Shown here: positions 1-9,797 of the stretch, piece by piece
Numbering within the stretch: the stretch's first letter is position 1
Layout of the letters: every line of letters begins with the position of its first letter
NCBI GenBank assembly: GCA_963707985.1
Contig: CAVPRW010000039.1
Span: forward strand, 1 to 64,000
Reading direction: 5' to 3'
Length of the DNA stretch: 64,000 bases
Origin: an uncultured Nitrospinota bacterium
GTDB lineage: Bacteria > Tectomicrobia > Entotheonellia > J063 > CAVPRW01
Program-made: the position numbers and the translations under genes
The notes under the pieces: generated by a model
Database searches by the model: none
What the model was told of the DNA's origin: nothing
What the model saw: the letters and a program-made list of their open reading frames with translations, nothing else

Positions 1-37
1 GCTCATGGTGATCGCGACGGCGTTGCTGGTCCAGTCC

Positions 38-1552
38 CTAATACTACAGTTGTAACAATCTCGCACCACTGGTATCTTGGTTCCAAACTCATGGAGGGAG
101 GACGGAACCATGCGACAAGATCGATGCCCCGACGGAGAGACCTGGCCTGACCACGACCGATGCCACGGTGAGCACCATTGAGGGTGGCCTCGCCTACGTG
201 GCGGACATTGGAGGGCGGCTGGCCCCCTATTTCGCTCGTTCGGAGTCCCGCCACTGGGCTCTGACCTCTCGGCGCGGCTTGCTGAGTGAGGCGGAGCGTA
301 AGCACAGCTGGCAAGTGGCGGAAAGCTGCGGGGAGCCCACTCCGTATGGTTTCCAGTACGTGTTGGGTCGGGCTGACGGGGAGGCCGATGCGGTGCGCGA
401 TGAGCTGCGCACCGACATCATCCGGCAGGTGGGGGACCTCGGCGGGGTGTTGGTCCTCGACGAGACCGGGCTCGTGAACAAAGGGCGTCACTCGGCCAGG
501 GTCGCCCGCCAATACAGCGGCACCGTCGGCAAGGTGGACCATTGTCAGATTGGCGTGTTTCTGGGCGATGCCAGTCCGCTGGGCCATGCGCGGTTGGATC
601 GTGAACTGTCTCTGCCCAACGAGTGGACCGACGACCCCGAGCGCTGCGGGCAGGCTGGGATTCCACAGGACCGTCACTTCGCCACCAAACCGCCGCTGGC
701 CCAGCAGATGTTGGACCAAGCCTTCGCCGCGGGCGTGCCAACGACATGGGTCACCGGTGACCGTGTGGATGGGGATGATCGGCGCCTGCGGCAGTGGTTG
801 GAAGCCCAACCCTACGCCGATGTCCTAGCCGGTCACGGGGCAGGAGTACGTCCGGCTGGGCGGGCCACAACGGCAGGTCAACACCATGCTGGCCGCCTTG
901 CCCGAGGACGGTTGGACTCGTCTCAGCGCAGGGGATGGAGCCCAGGGGCCGCGCGGGTATGACTGGTGCTGGCTGCCGCTGGCTACCCCGCTGGAACCCG
1001 GCTGGCGCCGCTGGCGGCTGGTCCGGCGGCGTGTGAGTGCGCCTCCGGAGCTGACGGCATAGGTGGTCTTTGCACGGCAGGCCACCACCCTGGAGGAGGC
1101 CGTGCAGGTCGCAGGCAGCCGCTGGACGATTGAGAGCGGCGTTGAGGCGGCGACAGGGGAAGTCGGCCTGGATCACGATGAAGTGCGGCGTTGGACCGGC
1201 GGGTATCGCCATATCACCCTGGCCATGTGGGCTGACGCGTGCTTGGTCGTGATGCGGGCGGGGGCGATCGCGGTGGACGCCTGAAAAAAAAGCCTGCCGC
1301 CAACCCAGGAGCGGAGCATCCTGGCAGGATTCAAGGCCCGGCGGGGCCTGCGATCCCGCTGAGCGTCCCAGAGTTGCAGCGGCTCCTGTGGCGGTTGGTC
1401 TTCGCCGTGCCGCAGACCGCCCAGCAGATCCTGGCCTGGTCCCGCTGGCGCCGTTGGCATCAACGCCTGGCCCAATACGATCATGACAAACGTCGTGGCG
1501 CATGACCGGGGCTCATGGCCGCCTAATCATTTAGTCACCACTGTAGTACTAG
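38..1552 (+). mobile_element. IS701-family insertion sequence, full length, transposase frameshifted/interrupted
   Basis: Inverted termini CTAATACTACAGTTGTAAC (38-56) and GTCACCACTGTAGTACTAG (1534-1552). Transposase motifs GVLVLDETG..KG.HS..VARQYSGT.GK, WVTGD, RWTIE are spread over ORFs 168-962, 1063-1284 and 1239-1505. Confidence 0.9.
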
Positions 1553-2129
1553 CGCAACGCCAACTTCGAAAACCATGAGCTCTGCACCATGAAACCGTGC
1601 CGAACCAAATCAGCCAACTCACCCCGTTGCCGACCTTACGTTGGGCCTTCCCGCAGTTGGAAGGCATTCACCAGGTCCAGCTGACCCTGCAAGGTCAGGT
1701 GCATGATCTCATTGAAGACCTCAATGATGTACACCTCAAAGGTCTACACTTGTTTGGGCACAAGGTTTGCTGACTTGAGCAACTCTCCGCTGGATAGAGT
1801 TGTTCAATGTCGGGACGATGTCGAAAATACCGCATTATGCAATTGGTACCGGTTTGAGGCTGACGCGATAGCCTAAATCGAACCACCCAACATTGGTACA
1901 CGCGGATTGCGGCGTCCCCACTATGCCCGAGTCTTTCGGAGAACCAGAGTGTCCCAATCTCGTGTGGACTGATTTAGGTGCTCCAGCCGCCGTGCCAGGC
2001 GATGGACAAGATGTTCCCGTTGATGTTCAGCAATGTAGGTCGTTCCTAACTCATGATACGGTTCGTTGCAAGAGCGAATGTGGAAAGTAGCGATTACGAT
2101 CGAGTGCTCCGCGGCGATGATGCCACGTT

Positions 2130-2480
2130 CCTTGCCCCTGCCCACAACCGTGGATGATGGTCCCGCACGATCTCGGTCAGGGCCTGCTCCAACATCGGAA
2201 TTGTGCCACGCAGGCGGCCCTTGGCCAACTCTGCCATGGTAGGTGGATCGGCCTGACCCTCGATCACCGCCGCCGAGATGGCTCCCAGAGGCCCTCATGA
2301 GGTCTGTCGTCAGGAGGCTAGCTTGATGTTGGCTCATTCTAGCACCCCTTCCACCTGGTTGATCTCACGGGTCCGTTCCTGCACCAACTTTGTGCGGTAC
2401 CGCTTCAGATCCCGCAGATCGCGCCGTTCCATAGAAGGAATAACACTCGCCGGCAGCAAGCCATCCCTCATCAGTGTGGC
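2130..2480 (-). pseudogene. IS110-family transposase fragment
   Basis: Minus-strand frames read LMRDGLLPASVIP..RRDLRDLKRYRTKLVQERTREINQVEGVLE*ANIKLAS...EGQADPPTMAELAKGRLR, typical of the IS110 DEDD/coiled-coil region. Stops and frameshifts are present. Confidence 0.75.
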
Positions 2481-2860
2481 CAGTCAGCCCGCTGCTGTTT
2501 AGCTTTAGCCAGCTGCGGCTCGGTGGCAAAGTCCCGGTCCTCAAGGATGCCCGCCCTCTGGCAGCGGTCACGATTGTTGGTCCACTCTTTGAGGCGATAG
2601 CGTTCGCGATCCAGCACGGCATGGTCCAGCGGACTGGCATCGCCCAGCATCAGGCCATTGGGCCATTGTCACACTTCGCAGGCGCGCCACCCCTTATTCG
2701 GCAGGCTGGTGTTATCAATCACCCGCACGCCGGGCACGTCTACCATATGCGGCACGATGTAGGTTTGGAGGTGGATACGGACGGCCTTGGGGTCCCACCG
2801 CGCGTGGAGCAGCAGATACTAAGCGGCGTTGGGTGTGGTATCTCCGCTCACGTCAGCCTG
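2480..2860 (-). pseudogene. second degenerate IS701 transposase fragment, cut by the IS3 element
   Basis: The antisense ORF 2474-2929 (IVGPLFEAIAFAIQHGMVQRTGIAQ) mirrors the antisense ORF 3-809 of the first IS701 (VVGPLVGQRQFTIQPRMAQRTGIAQ). Confidence 0.7.
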
Positions 2861-2861
2861 T

Positions 2862-4116
2862 TGTGGTTTAATGAAAACGGACACCTTGATAAGGGTGATA
2901 CGATAGACTCAGGAGGTGTCCCACCATGACAGCGAAACGACGCAACTATAGCGAGGAATGCAAGCGAGAGGCGGTCCGGCTGGTGACCGAGCCTGGCTAC
3001 GGGGTGTCCGAAACGGCCCGCAATCTGGGGATCAATGCCCATATGCGGGGTCGTTGGACACGTGAGGTTGAAGCGCGACCAAGCGCAGCCTTTCCTGGGA
3101 ACGGTCGCGTGTCGCCCGACCAAGAAGCATTCCAGCGGTGACGCGAGGACCATCAGCGGTTTCGGATGGAGCGTGACATGTTAAAAAAAGCCTTGGGTGA
3201 CGTTGCCAGCGGGTCGAATTGAGGTATGCCTTGATGGCCGAGCCCCAGGCCATCTGGCCGGTTTCGGTCCTGTGCGCAGTGCTCGACGTGAGTCGCAGTG
3301 GCTTGTATGCGTACCTGCAGCGACACGCCCAGGCGTCAGTCCATGCTGAGGCAGTCGCCTTATGCACCCGTGTCAACGCGATGGCCGCGGAAACGCGTCA
3401 CCGTTCTGGGCGTCGTCGCCTGGCCCAACAACTCCAGGATGACGGCTTTCACGTGGGCCGCGCGAAGGCGCGGCGGGTGATGCACAAGGCGGGGGTGGCG
3501 GTGCCACGTCCCAGGCGACGAGGTCCCATGACCACAGACAGCCGACATCACGATGCGGTCGCACCGAATCTGCTGGCGCGTCAGTTTGACGTGACGGCTC
3601 CCGATCACGTGTGGGCCGGCGATATCACCTACATAGGGACGGCTGAGGGCTGGCTATATCTGGCGGTGCTGGTGGACTTGTCTTCGCGCAAAGTCGTAGG
3701 CTGGGCGATAGACCCTCATATGGAGACCACCTTGGTGCAGGATGCCTTGCAGATGGCGCTCGGACGTCGCGCTCCTGCTGCGGGGTTCAGGCATCATGCA
3801 GACCGCGGCAGTCAATACGCCAGCCACGCCTATCAAGCTCAGTTGGCCAACCAGGGGATCGTCTGTCGCATGAGTGAGCAGGGCGAGTGCCTGGACCATG
3901 CGGTCGCCGAGCGATTCTTTGGCAGCCTCAAGGGTGAGCGCACCTCGCTCCGTCACTATGCCACCCGCCGGGAAGCACGGGATGATGTCATTGACTACAT
4001 CGAGATGTTCTATAACAGCAAGCGGTTACATTCATATTTGGGGTATGTCAGTCCCAATGACTTCGAGATGTTGGCCAGGGTGTCTTAACTCAGTGTCCGT
4101 TTTTACTTGACCATCA
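2862..4116 (+). mobile_element. IS3-family insertion sequence (orfA 2926-~3220 with internal stop; orfB 3219-4088)
   Basis: Termini TGTGGTTTAATGAAAACGGACAC and GTGTCCGTTTTTACTTGACCATCA. OrfA HTH (KRRNYSEECKREAVRLV); OrfB DDE (WAGDITYI, HHADRGSQY, AVAERFF); A7 run at the orfA/orfB junction. Confidence 0.92.
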
Positions 4117-4138
4117 CAATGTTTGGCTGGGTAACCAC

Positions 4139-4645
4139 TCATAGATCCTGCGCTCGCACCACCAGCCAGCGCTCACCCCGTTTCTCGAACACCCAGAAGC
4201 GATGCCGATCGTGGAGGGACGGCCTGCCCTCCATGAGCAGCGTCACGGTGCCGCTGACCTGGACCTGCGCGGGACTTACCGTCATCAGCTTGACATTTTC
4301 CACCTGGTAGCCCCGCATACTGGCGATGATTGGCTTGAGGGCCTGCCCAAACTCGTGCTTATTGAGGACCCTTGGGGAGTCGACTCCAGAGGGTCCCGGC
4401 GCATTCGGCACCGCTGGCTCGATCTGGGCATCGTCCGCAATCAAGGCCATCACGTCACCCCAGTCCTGACGGCCATAGGCCCGCACTAAGGCTTCAAAGG
4501 CTTGGGCCACCGCTTGCTCGTGAGGCCCTTGAGGCGCCACGCTGTACTGGGCGGCGGGTCGTTGCGGGCTCACGACGCAACTGACGAGGCATACCCCGTA
4601 CAGCGCGATCGCTCCGAGCCTCAAACCTGCGAATGTGATGTTCAT
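4139..4645 (-). CDS. putative exported/lipoprotein with NTF2-like (nuclear transport factor 2/DUF4440-like) fold
   Basis: RBS GAGAGGAAGG before ATG 4645; hydrophobic leader ending CLVSC; pattern AFEALVRAYGRQDWGDVMALIADDA...FWVFEKRGERWLVV. Confidence 0.65.
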   Translation of the reverse strand: MNITFAGLRLGAIALYGVCLVSCVVSPQRPAAQYSVAPQGPHEQAVAQAFEALVRAYGRQDWGDVMALIADDAQIEPAVPNAPGPSGVDSPRVLNKHEFGQALKPIIASMRGYQVENVKLMTVSPAQVQVSGTVTLLMEGRPSLHDRHRFWVFEKRGERWLVVRAQDL

Positions 4646-4938
4646 GGCGCCCTTCCTCTCGTGGACCTGCAATTCGTGCACATGTCGCTGATGCCGCAGC
4701 CTCTGTATGGTGCGTGCGCGCGAGTGTAGGTGGCCCGGCAGGGGATGTCAATCGTGACGTAAGGGGGTCTCACGCGGGCGACCACGAAAAGGTTGGCTGT
4801 ATTCCCCACCAGAGTCAGGGATGAGTTGGCGAGCTTTGTGGGGGATACCCACCAGTAGCAACCAGCATTGTCGCGTTGACGAGCGGCACCCTGACCGTAT
4901 CGGCCCCGACCACACCTGACATCTCAGCACCAGTTCCT

Positions 4939-4968
4939 TTGTCCAAATCTACCACCCTCGACCATAAT
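4939..4968 (+). promoter_or_regulatory. sigma70-like promoter
   Basis: TTGTCC-18 nt-CATAAT upstream of the leader/terminator and RHH gene. Confidence 0.4.
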
Positions 4969-5030
4969 GTCCCACGGTCGCAGCACCGTTTAACATCTTA
5001 CTACACTGCCTCTAGCGCTCGTACACATCG

Positions 5031-5074
5031 AAGCCCGGTCGGTCCTTTTGGGAGAGGTCTGCCGGGCTTTTTTT
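5031..5074 (+). terminator. Rho-independent terminator/attenuator
   Basis: AAGCCCGG...CCGGGCTT stem followed by a T7 run. Confidence 0.7.
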
Positions 5075-5102
5075 ATGTGCGGCGTCAGTCGGGAGGACAA
5101 CG

Positions 5103-5290
5103 ATGGATCGAATTGTCGGCGAGCGCGGTTGGGGACGGAGCTGCAGGCCAAGCGTGACGCACTGTGCGGAGGTACACGGCGGTGCAGGAGCGAGCTGTTG
5201 CGTCAGGCCTTGCGGGTGATGAGCGTCGAGCAGCTTCGGCAGGCCATGCAAGAATCAAGGGCAGTGCAAGCGGAGCACGAGGCGTCATGA
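5103..5290 (+). pseudogene. ribbon-helix-helix (CopG-like) regulator, frameshifted after codon 6
   Basis: RBS GGAGGA + ATG 5103 (MDRIVG) joins the other frame ARLGTELQAKRDALCGGTRRCRSELLRQALR, an RHH pattern. Confidence 0.6.
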
Positions 5291-5739
5291 GTGCTGCCGG
5301 CAGGGATTTCACACCAGTCAAGATGGTCGTTGGTGGAGACGGTAATTGTGGGGGATGTCGATCCACCTCATGGTGGTGATCTCACCCTCGACGACCTCAC
5401 AGCTCTGTGTGGGAAGCTCCCTCAGACGCCCGAGATTTTGACCGGTACGGGACGACAGCAATTTGTTCAGCATCCTGGCCAATCGATCCGCAATGACGCC
5501 GGCAAGAAACTCGGAGCTGGCCTCGATTTCGGCGGAGACGGCGGCTCTGTGGTGCTGCCACCGAGTCGACACGCCAGCGGTCGCGCGTACGAGTAGGAGG
5601 CGAGTTCGCACCCCGACGACGTGCCCTTCGCCCCGATGCCCACATGGCGTTTAGCCCGTCTGAGCGACCATCGTACCACTGCGGCAGTCACTGGCCAGCC
5701 GACCCGCCGTGGGCGCCTCGCATGCACCGCGCTGGGGTT

Positions 5740-5986
5740 CGCGGGGATACCCTGCGCCTTGCGTTTCTTCGGCAGCTCATCGCCATCCGGCACCCACTGC
5801 AGCAAATCCCAGACTTGACATCCGAGTACCTGGCAGAGTCTGGCCAAGACCGTCACGTCGAGCTTCAGCGCGTTATTGTTGACCATATGGGAGAGCGTGC
5901 GCGGCGTAATCTCTCGTCTGTTGCGCGAGGGCCTTAAAGGTGAGATCACGCTCCGCCATGCGAACCTTCAGCGTCGATTTGATCAT
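5740..5986 (-). pseudogene. XRE/Cro-C1 HTH regulator (HTH_26-like), one +1 frameshift near 5912
   Basis: RBS GGGGAGGGG + ATG 5986 MIKSTLKVRMAERDLTFKALAQQT continues in another frame as EITPRTLSHMVNNNALKLDVTVLARLCQVLGCQVWDLLQWVPD. The 3' end is uncertain. Confidence 0.75.
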
Positions 5987-6387
5987 CGAGTCCCCTCCCC
6001 AGGGCGCATTATGCAAGAAGTGGAGTCATCTCTCAAGGATAATGTATGACCTATATGAGCAATTTATATTTGGTTGTCACCCTTTACAGGGATATTAAGT
6101 GGAGACCATTAAAATAGGAAGGACATGCAGTTGTACCGTTAGCAGAGAGTGGACCGACATTGAGTCCGATTGATGAGCTGGCGGGCATACTAGACCACAC
6201 CTGGTGCTGTTGGAAGGCAGGGTCGAGATGGAGAAGCGGCTAGGGGTGCTATAGGATGAGGCTGATCTCGTCGAGCAGGCGAAAACGTTGCTGCCGGAAA
6301 GACAAGCCATGGGGCTGCAGGACAAGGGCTCCACCGAGCTACCGTTGGCGTGGCTCGATGCGAGGCTAGTGCCCTACGGCTACATCG

Positions 6388-6687
6388 ATGTACACCGTGA
6401 AATCGGGAGACCCGAAACGCTTGGTGGTGTTCAGGACGATGACTGATGGGGAGAGACATTTGGGTGGTTTGAGCTATGGCGATATCCTTAAGGGCACCAA
6501 CTGGACCGACAGGGGAACGGTAAGAGAAAAAGCGACCCTCTCACGGCAAAGGTACCCCCTAAAGTACAGTGAGGAGGTCGTCATAGCGGTTTTGAAGAAG
6601 CAGGGAGTTTACCAGCTCGCTTGGATATGTCGTTGTTATCAGATGTTTGGTATAGGGATAGTCGTCAAGACATCGGCGGGAATTTAG
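6388..6687 (+). CDS. hypothetical protein (possibly a fragment)
   Basis: 99-aa ORF in an otherwise ORF-poor stretch; no recognised motif. Confidence 0.25.
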   Translation: MYTVKSGDPKRLVVFRTMTDGERHLGGLSYGDILKGTNWTDRGTVREKATLSRQRYPLKYSEEVVIAVLKKQGVYQLAWICRCYQMFGIGIVVKTSAGI

Positions 6688-6824
6688 AGAATTCTCTGAA
6701 GGCGTCGATAGAATCATCAAGCCATTACCAGTCTACCGCACGAAAGCCATCCTAATGACTACTATGATGACTACATGGGCATTCGCAATGATGGATTGAT
6801 GTCCCGTAAACCATTGATTATCTT

Positions 6825-6900
6825 TGGAGCCGACGGGCGGAATCGAACCGCCGACCTACTGATTACGAATCAGTTGCTCTGCCGGCTGAGCTACGTCGGC
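6825..6900 (-). tRNA. tRNA-Thr(CGT)
   Basis: GCCGACGTAGCTCAGCCGGCAGAGCAACTGATTCGTAATCAGTAGGTCGGCGGTTCGATTCCGCCCGTCGGCTCCA: cloverleaf, anticodon loop TTCGTAA, T-loop GTTCGA, encoded CCA. Confidence 0.97.
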
Positions 6901-6904
6901 TCCA

Positions 6905-8086
6905 CTAGGTTTTTCGTGGGGATACGTCACTTCCCGGTGCGTGTTCAGAAACCGCGATGGCAGTTTTTGTGGCACTTGCCTGTTCCATCTGCCGCAGAGC
7001 AGCATGGAGGTCGCTGGTGTCCACCGTATTGTATCGTTTGAAGACTGCCATCGTCTTGTGCCCTGTGATGGCCATTGTGGTAATCGCATCGACGCCGGAC
7101 CATCTGGCGTTGGTAACGAACGTATGCCGCAGATCGTGGAACGTCGCGTCGTGCACGCCAGCCTTCTGGCAGGCCCGCGTAAAGGCATGCCCGATACTGC
7201 TACCCTTATAGCGTGGGTCGCTACGCCCAAGCGCTAATGGATTCGGAAACACTAGCGGGCAACTGATATACCTTGTAGCGGATTTCAGCAACGCTGTCAA
7301 GGTTTGATTGAGTGGGACGATGCGCCTCTCATCGGTCTTAGTGTCGCTAGATTGCAAGCGAATCGTGTCCGTCTTCAGGTCTACTTGGTCCCATCGCAGC
7401 GATCGGATTTCACCTTCCCGCATGCCGGTGTGATAGGCCATTAAGAGCATGGGCTTCAGCCAGGTTTTTGCCGTGTCATACACCTGCCCAAACTCTTCCG
7501 CCGACAGCACTCTATCCCTCTCGTTATGTTCACGCTCAGTGGGATGCGCCGCTACAGGATTCGCTGTTGGGGCGCCACCGTTGAGGGTAATCAATCCCTT
7601 CATAGCAACTGTGTACATGCGGCGCATCACAGCCAGCTCACGGTTGCATGTCGCCACCGAGACGGGCGTTTTCCTGCGCGAGATCGTGGAACGTCGCCAG
7701 TCGCGATAATGGCTCACCATGGCAGGCGTAATATCGATCAGCCGCTTGCCGCCAAAGTAACGGTGCAGTTGGTTCACCGCGTACAGGTCAAAAGTCTTCC
7801 AGGATCGCTTACGCGCCGGAATTCCCTCCTGCTCATTGGGGGCAATCCAGCGCATATACTCGTTGGCGAGATCATCGAATGTGGCTGTGGTACGCTTCGG
7901 TGCATCAAAGAAGCGTCCTTCACGGATCTCTGCACGCTTCTTGCCGAGCACCGCTTCCGCCTGTCGTAGGTTCGGTCCTATGCGCTGCCGGTGGCGTTTG
8001 CCATCGACAAAGAATTGGATGCAGTATGTTCCATTATCAGAATAAATCCCCCTAGGTAGCTTCCGCTTCGGCTTGTTTTGCGCCAT
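6905..8086 (-). CDS. phage-type tyrosine integrase
   Basis: N-terminal arm-binding-like segment; TGMREGE (R), TKT (K), FHDLRHT (HxxR), ITGHK and FKRY (Y); adjacent to the tRNA. Confidence 0.95.
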   Translation of the reverse strand: MAQNKPKRKLPRGIYSDNGTYCIQFFVDGKRHRQRIGPNLRQAEAVLGKKRAEIREGRFFDAPKRTTATFDDLANEYMRWIAPNEQEGIPARKRSWKTFDLYAVNQLHRYFGGKRLIDITPAMVSHYRDWRRSTISRRKTPVSVATCNRELAVMRRMYTVAMKGLITLNGGAPTANPVAAHPTEREHNERDRVLSAEEFGQVYDTAKTWLKPMLLMAYHTGMREGEIRSLRWDQVDLKTDTIRLQSSDTKTDERRIVPLNQTLTALLKSATRYISCPLVFPNPLALGRSDPRYKGSSIGHAFTRACQKAGVHDATFHDLRHTFVTNARWSGVDAITTMAITGHKTMAVFKRYNTVDTSDLHAALRQMEQASATKTAIAVSEHAPGSDVSPRKT

Positions 8087-8376
8087 TCCATCACCCTCCT
8101 TACCTGCTGTTCGAGAACATACATGACAGCATCAATATCGGCCCCAGCGTGCGTTTCTTCAATAGGAGCAATGTAGTAGGGTCTGTCGATAGTGTCACTA
8201 TCGGCAGTGACCCAACATGTAACGACACGCCCGGCCTCGCTTGATTTTGTGCGCGATGGGCACCCCAGGTCAGCACCTTACAAGGGATTGCGAAAGCGCC
8301 GAAGGTACTCGGATATGTGTAAAGCGAAGTTTCGGATGGCTGGCGAGCATCGATCAGTAGCCACCCTGATTGCCGT

Positions 8377-8736
8377 ATGGTAGACTCAATGCTTGACTTC
8401 TCTGTCCTGAGAACGCTTGCAGGCCGCTTGGGTCATCTCGTAGCGCGTGAAGAGGCTGACTACAAGATGCTGAAAGCCACTGAGCAAGAACGTGAGCATA
8501 TCCTGGGGTACATGTTGGGTCAAGCGCCGGACGAGACCGTGCAGCTTGCGCAAAAGGGTTACTCGGAGCAACTTCACGCAGTAAAGCGTGACATGTGGGA
8601 TGTCCATTACGCAACGTCATTGTTCCTGAGGGGAAGAGAGGGGTTGGGGGAGTGCCGATCGTGCTACCACGAGGCAGGGAGCGCTGGTCTAAGGACAAGT
8701 ATGGCCCCGTTCGAAGGATGCCGCGACAAAACCTAA
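8377..8736 (+). CDS. hypothetical protein
   Basis: 119-aa ORF, helical-looking, divergent from the integrase; no motif recognised. Confidence 0.35.
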   Translation: MVDSMLDFSVLRTLAGRLGHLVAREEADYKMLKATEQEREHILGYMLGQAPDETVQLAQKGYSEQLHAVKRDMWDVHYATSLFLRGREGLGECRSCYHEAGSAGLRTSMAPFEGCRDKT

Positions 8737-8769
8737 CAGACTCCCTCTTCTTTGGTGAATGTATCCTTT

Positions 8770-9296
8770 GGCGGAAGGGGCCCGTTCACGATCGCGCTAT
8801 GCTCCCAGTCGGGCTTCAAGCGGGCATACGCCGCTCAGGAATCATCCGCCTCAAGGTCCCCGGTCTGCTCACCACGCGTGGTTGTGATGCCTGACGCACG
8901 ACGCGGAAGGGTGGCAAGCAGGATATCCTGGCGATCCATCCGGAAACGGCACAACGCTTTCGTGCCTACCTGCAGGCAGCTGGACACATCGATGATCGGG
9001 ATGAGCCGCTCTTGCGATAGATGACGATTGGGCGGCATCCCGACCTCATCTGTCGGCAGCTATGTCCAGACCGCATGGGCGATATGTTGGAAAAGTACAT
9101 CAGTCAGCTCGGATTTGGACAGGGATATTCCACGCATTTCATGCGTGCCGCATGCATCACCACAGCGCTCGAAAACAGTGCGAAGCCGGAAGATGTCCAG
9201 CAGACCATCGGGCATGCCGAACCTGCAATCACACAATTGTTTGAAGGAGGAATTTTGGTGGGAAGCTGCTACTTCAATGAGACGGTCTTCTTCTAG
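8770..9296 (+). pseudogene. degenerate XerC/D-like tyrosine recombinase
   Basis: Fragments HDRAMLPVGLQAGIRRSGIIRLKV and YSTHFMRAACITTALENSAKPEDVQQTIGHAEP lie in different ORFs. Confidence 0.8.
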
Positions 9297-9752
9297 CTAT
9301 CGACCATGGACTTCCATGGCTGCTTGAATCGTCGCTAAATCCTTCGCCGTAATCTCCACATATCCTCGCCTCAAGGGAAGCGCCCAATACATAGTGTTTG
9401 TGACGAAGGAAAGCTTTTCAATCAATGGCCTGACACGAGCACTCATGTCCGAAACGAATTCCACAGGTCACCGGTGTGGGAAGAGTTCACCCTCTCGGAT
9501 GTTCCAGATGAGGTCATGGCTTTCGAACGCCTCGCCGCTGACTTTAGCTATCCCGCGAAACTGTTGGACCTTCGCAGCCGGGTCGGTCGGATCTGAATCG
9601 ACCCTTTTCGGATTGATGTGGAACGTGACCATATCGCCCATGCCGATGCGATGAATAGTCTTTCCAGCCCGCTCGGACATGCCAATGAGCCCATGCTGCT
9701 TCGCGACCATGTAGTTGTCCTCACTCATACAGAGAATCCAGGAGTGCGGCAT
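9297..9752 (-). pseudogene. EVE (PUA-like) domain protein with one in-frame TGA at 9468-9470
   Basis: MPHSWILCMSEDNY...IHRIGMGDMVTFHI...FRGIAKVSGEAFES..LIW....ELFPHR*PVEFV...VRPLIEKLSFVTNTMYWALPLRRGYVEITAKDLATI. The frame continues to TAG 9297. Confidence 0.8.
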
Positions 9753-9797
9753 GGATTGCTCCCTTTATGGGATAGATGTAACGCGGGCAACCTTCTC

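Noticed and set aside
3..809. Long minus-strand ORFs over the IS701 (3-809, 751-1503)
   Set aside because: Antisense shadows of the transposase.
1599..1646. Short attC-like hairpin GCCGAAC...GTTGGGC at the end of a decayed minus-strand ORF
   Set aside because: Only 48 bp (shorter than known attC sites) with irregular L-box spacing; could be chance.
6826..6904. A second tRNA on the + strand (ends in CCA)
   Set aside because: Produced by acceptor-stem symmetry; D- and T-loop consensus only fit the minus strand.
9468..9470. Selenocysteine recoding of the TGA in the EVE gene
   Set aside because: The position is not a Cys-type site (Arg expected, CGA to TGA) and no SECIS-like hairpin is evident.
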